Below, one piece after another: positions 63,051 to 64,000 of a stretch of 64,000 nucleotides of DNA (the stretch's first letter is position 1; every line of letters begins with the position of its first letter). The position numbers and the translations under genes are program-made. The stretch is taken from the NCBI RefSeq assembly GCF_011386835.1, contig NC_088791.1, positions 179,924,001 through 179,988,000 of the forward strand. The letters run 5' to 3'. This DNA is from Chrysemys picta bellii (lineage: Eukaryota). Under the pieces are notes generated by a model that was not told where the DNA came from, did not search any database, and was given only the letters and a program-made list of their open reading frames with translations.

Positions 63051-63540
63051 GACTTATGTGCAGGGAGAGATCACTCCAACCCAAATCTTTTAAGTATGTC
63101 CTCTTATGTGAAAGTCTAGAGAAGAAAATCCCCGGGGCATTCTGCTAATCGCTAAACACTCAGATGCCAAGCACGTTCTAGAGGCACTAACAAAGAAGCA
63201 GGTAAAAGTTTCAAAAGCATTTAGAGGTCTAAGTCCCATTTTCAAATGCTATTTAGGAGCTGATGTCTCATTGACTTCCAATGATACACAGACTCCACTC
63301 ATTCATTTTTGAAAATGAGATTTATATTCTTTGGAACATTTTATCCTTAGACTTATAATTTAATGTAGGCACCACTGAAAATAGGTTTTAGGCTGAGTCC
63401 TGAGTCAGTTCTTTTGAAAATTTCACCTGCGTCTCATTGGCTTGGGAGATGTAAGCACCAGCAGGGATGACACCTCTCATATGATAGGCCAAAGAGCATT
63501 TTCCCAGTTCTTCATGTTAGGTTTCTCACAGATGCTTTCT

Positions 63541-63542
<2 letters not shown>

Positions 63543-63572
<30 letters not shown>
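63543..63572. repeat. (CA)n microsatellite
   Basis: Direct observation. Confidence 0.95.
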
Positions 63573-63574
<2 letters not shown>

Positions 63575-64000
63575 CCCTCTGCACTGCATTACGGGGCTGA
63601 ATATAGCTATAAGAAATGCAAAGAATTACCTTTCCATCTTTATTAAACCTCAGTATATTGTGCAATTATTTCTATATAAGCATACTATTTCTGTGTACGT
63701 ATAATGATGCTCCCTATGTAACGTACTGTATGTGTATAGTAAGTTAATATTCACAACTTCATAAAAAGTATATAATTTATTATATAATTCCCCATTATTG
63801 GATTACAATGGAAATACTTGTATTTCCAATGGGTAGCTTCTCTGAAAGAAGCAGAATAAAATGAAGTATAAGTTTGAATTAAAACATCAGCTTTACATTA
63901 TTGATTTCATTTTAAATTTTGTATTTTTACCTATTTTAACTCAAATATTTTCCTATCATCACAATAATGCCAGCCGGCTAGACCAGTAGAAGTTATAGTA

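Noticed and set aside
1-64000. CRISPR arrays, operons, rRNA, viral or NUMT insertions
   Set aside because: No regularly spaced direct repeats, no gene-dense segment, and no rRNA, mitochondrial or viral coding motifs seen on manual reading.

Overview
Vertebrate non-coding DNA, almost certainly from a turtle (inference from the repeats: tRNA-headed SINEs with a CR1 tail, PsCR1-like CR1 LINEs, Penelope ends with hammerhead motifs, turtle-type hAT and Harbinger MITEs). No complete protein-coding gene, rRNA, functional tRNA or CRISPR array is present. The window looks like one very long intron or gene-poor region filled with young and ancient transposable elements. The only good host-gene signal is a repeat-free, CpG-retaining block at about 24.5-26.2 kb. 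It holds a probable + strand exon (25499-25789) interrupted by a 162-N assembly gap; I could not identify the gene. Most listed ORFs are spurious or antisense to TE relics. The most notable items are: two Penelope-derived hammerhead ribozyme motifs; a short LTR-like element carrying an internal tRNA-Ala-like Pol III module; a 2-kb Vingi LINE relic; a Harbinger Myb/SANT gene relic; a MITE inserted at the exact centre of a 28-bp palindrome; and two nested pairs of near-identical inverted retroelements around the candidate exon. Family names come from recalled consensus features, not database searches. I found no evidence of a new multi-gene system.
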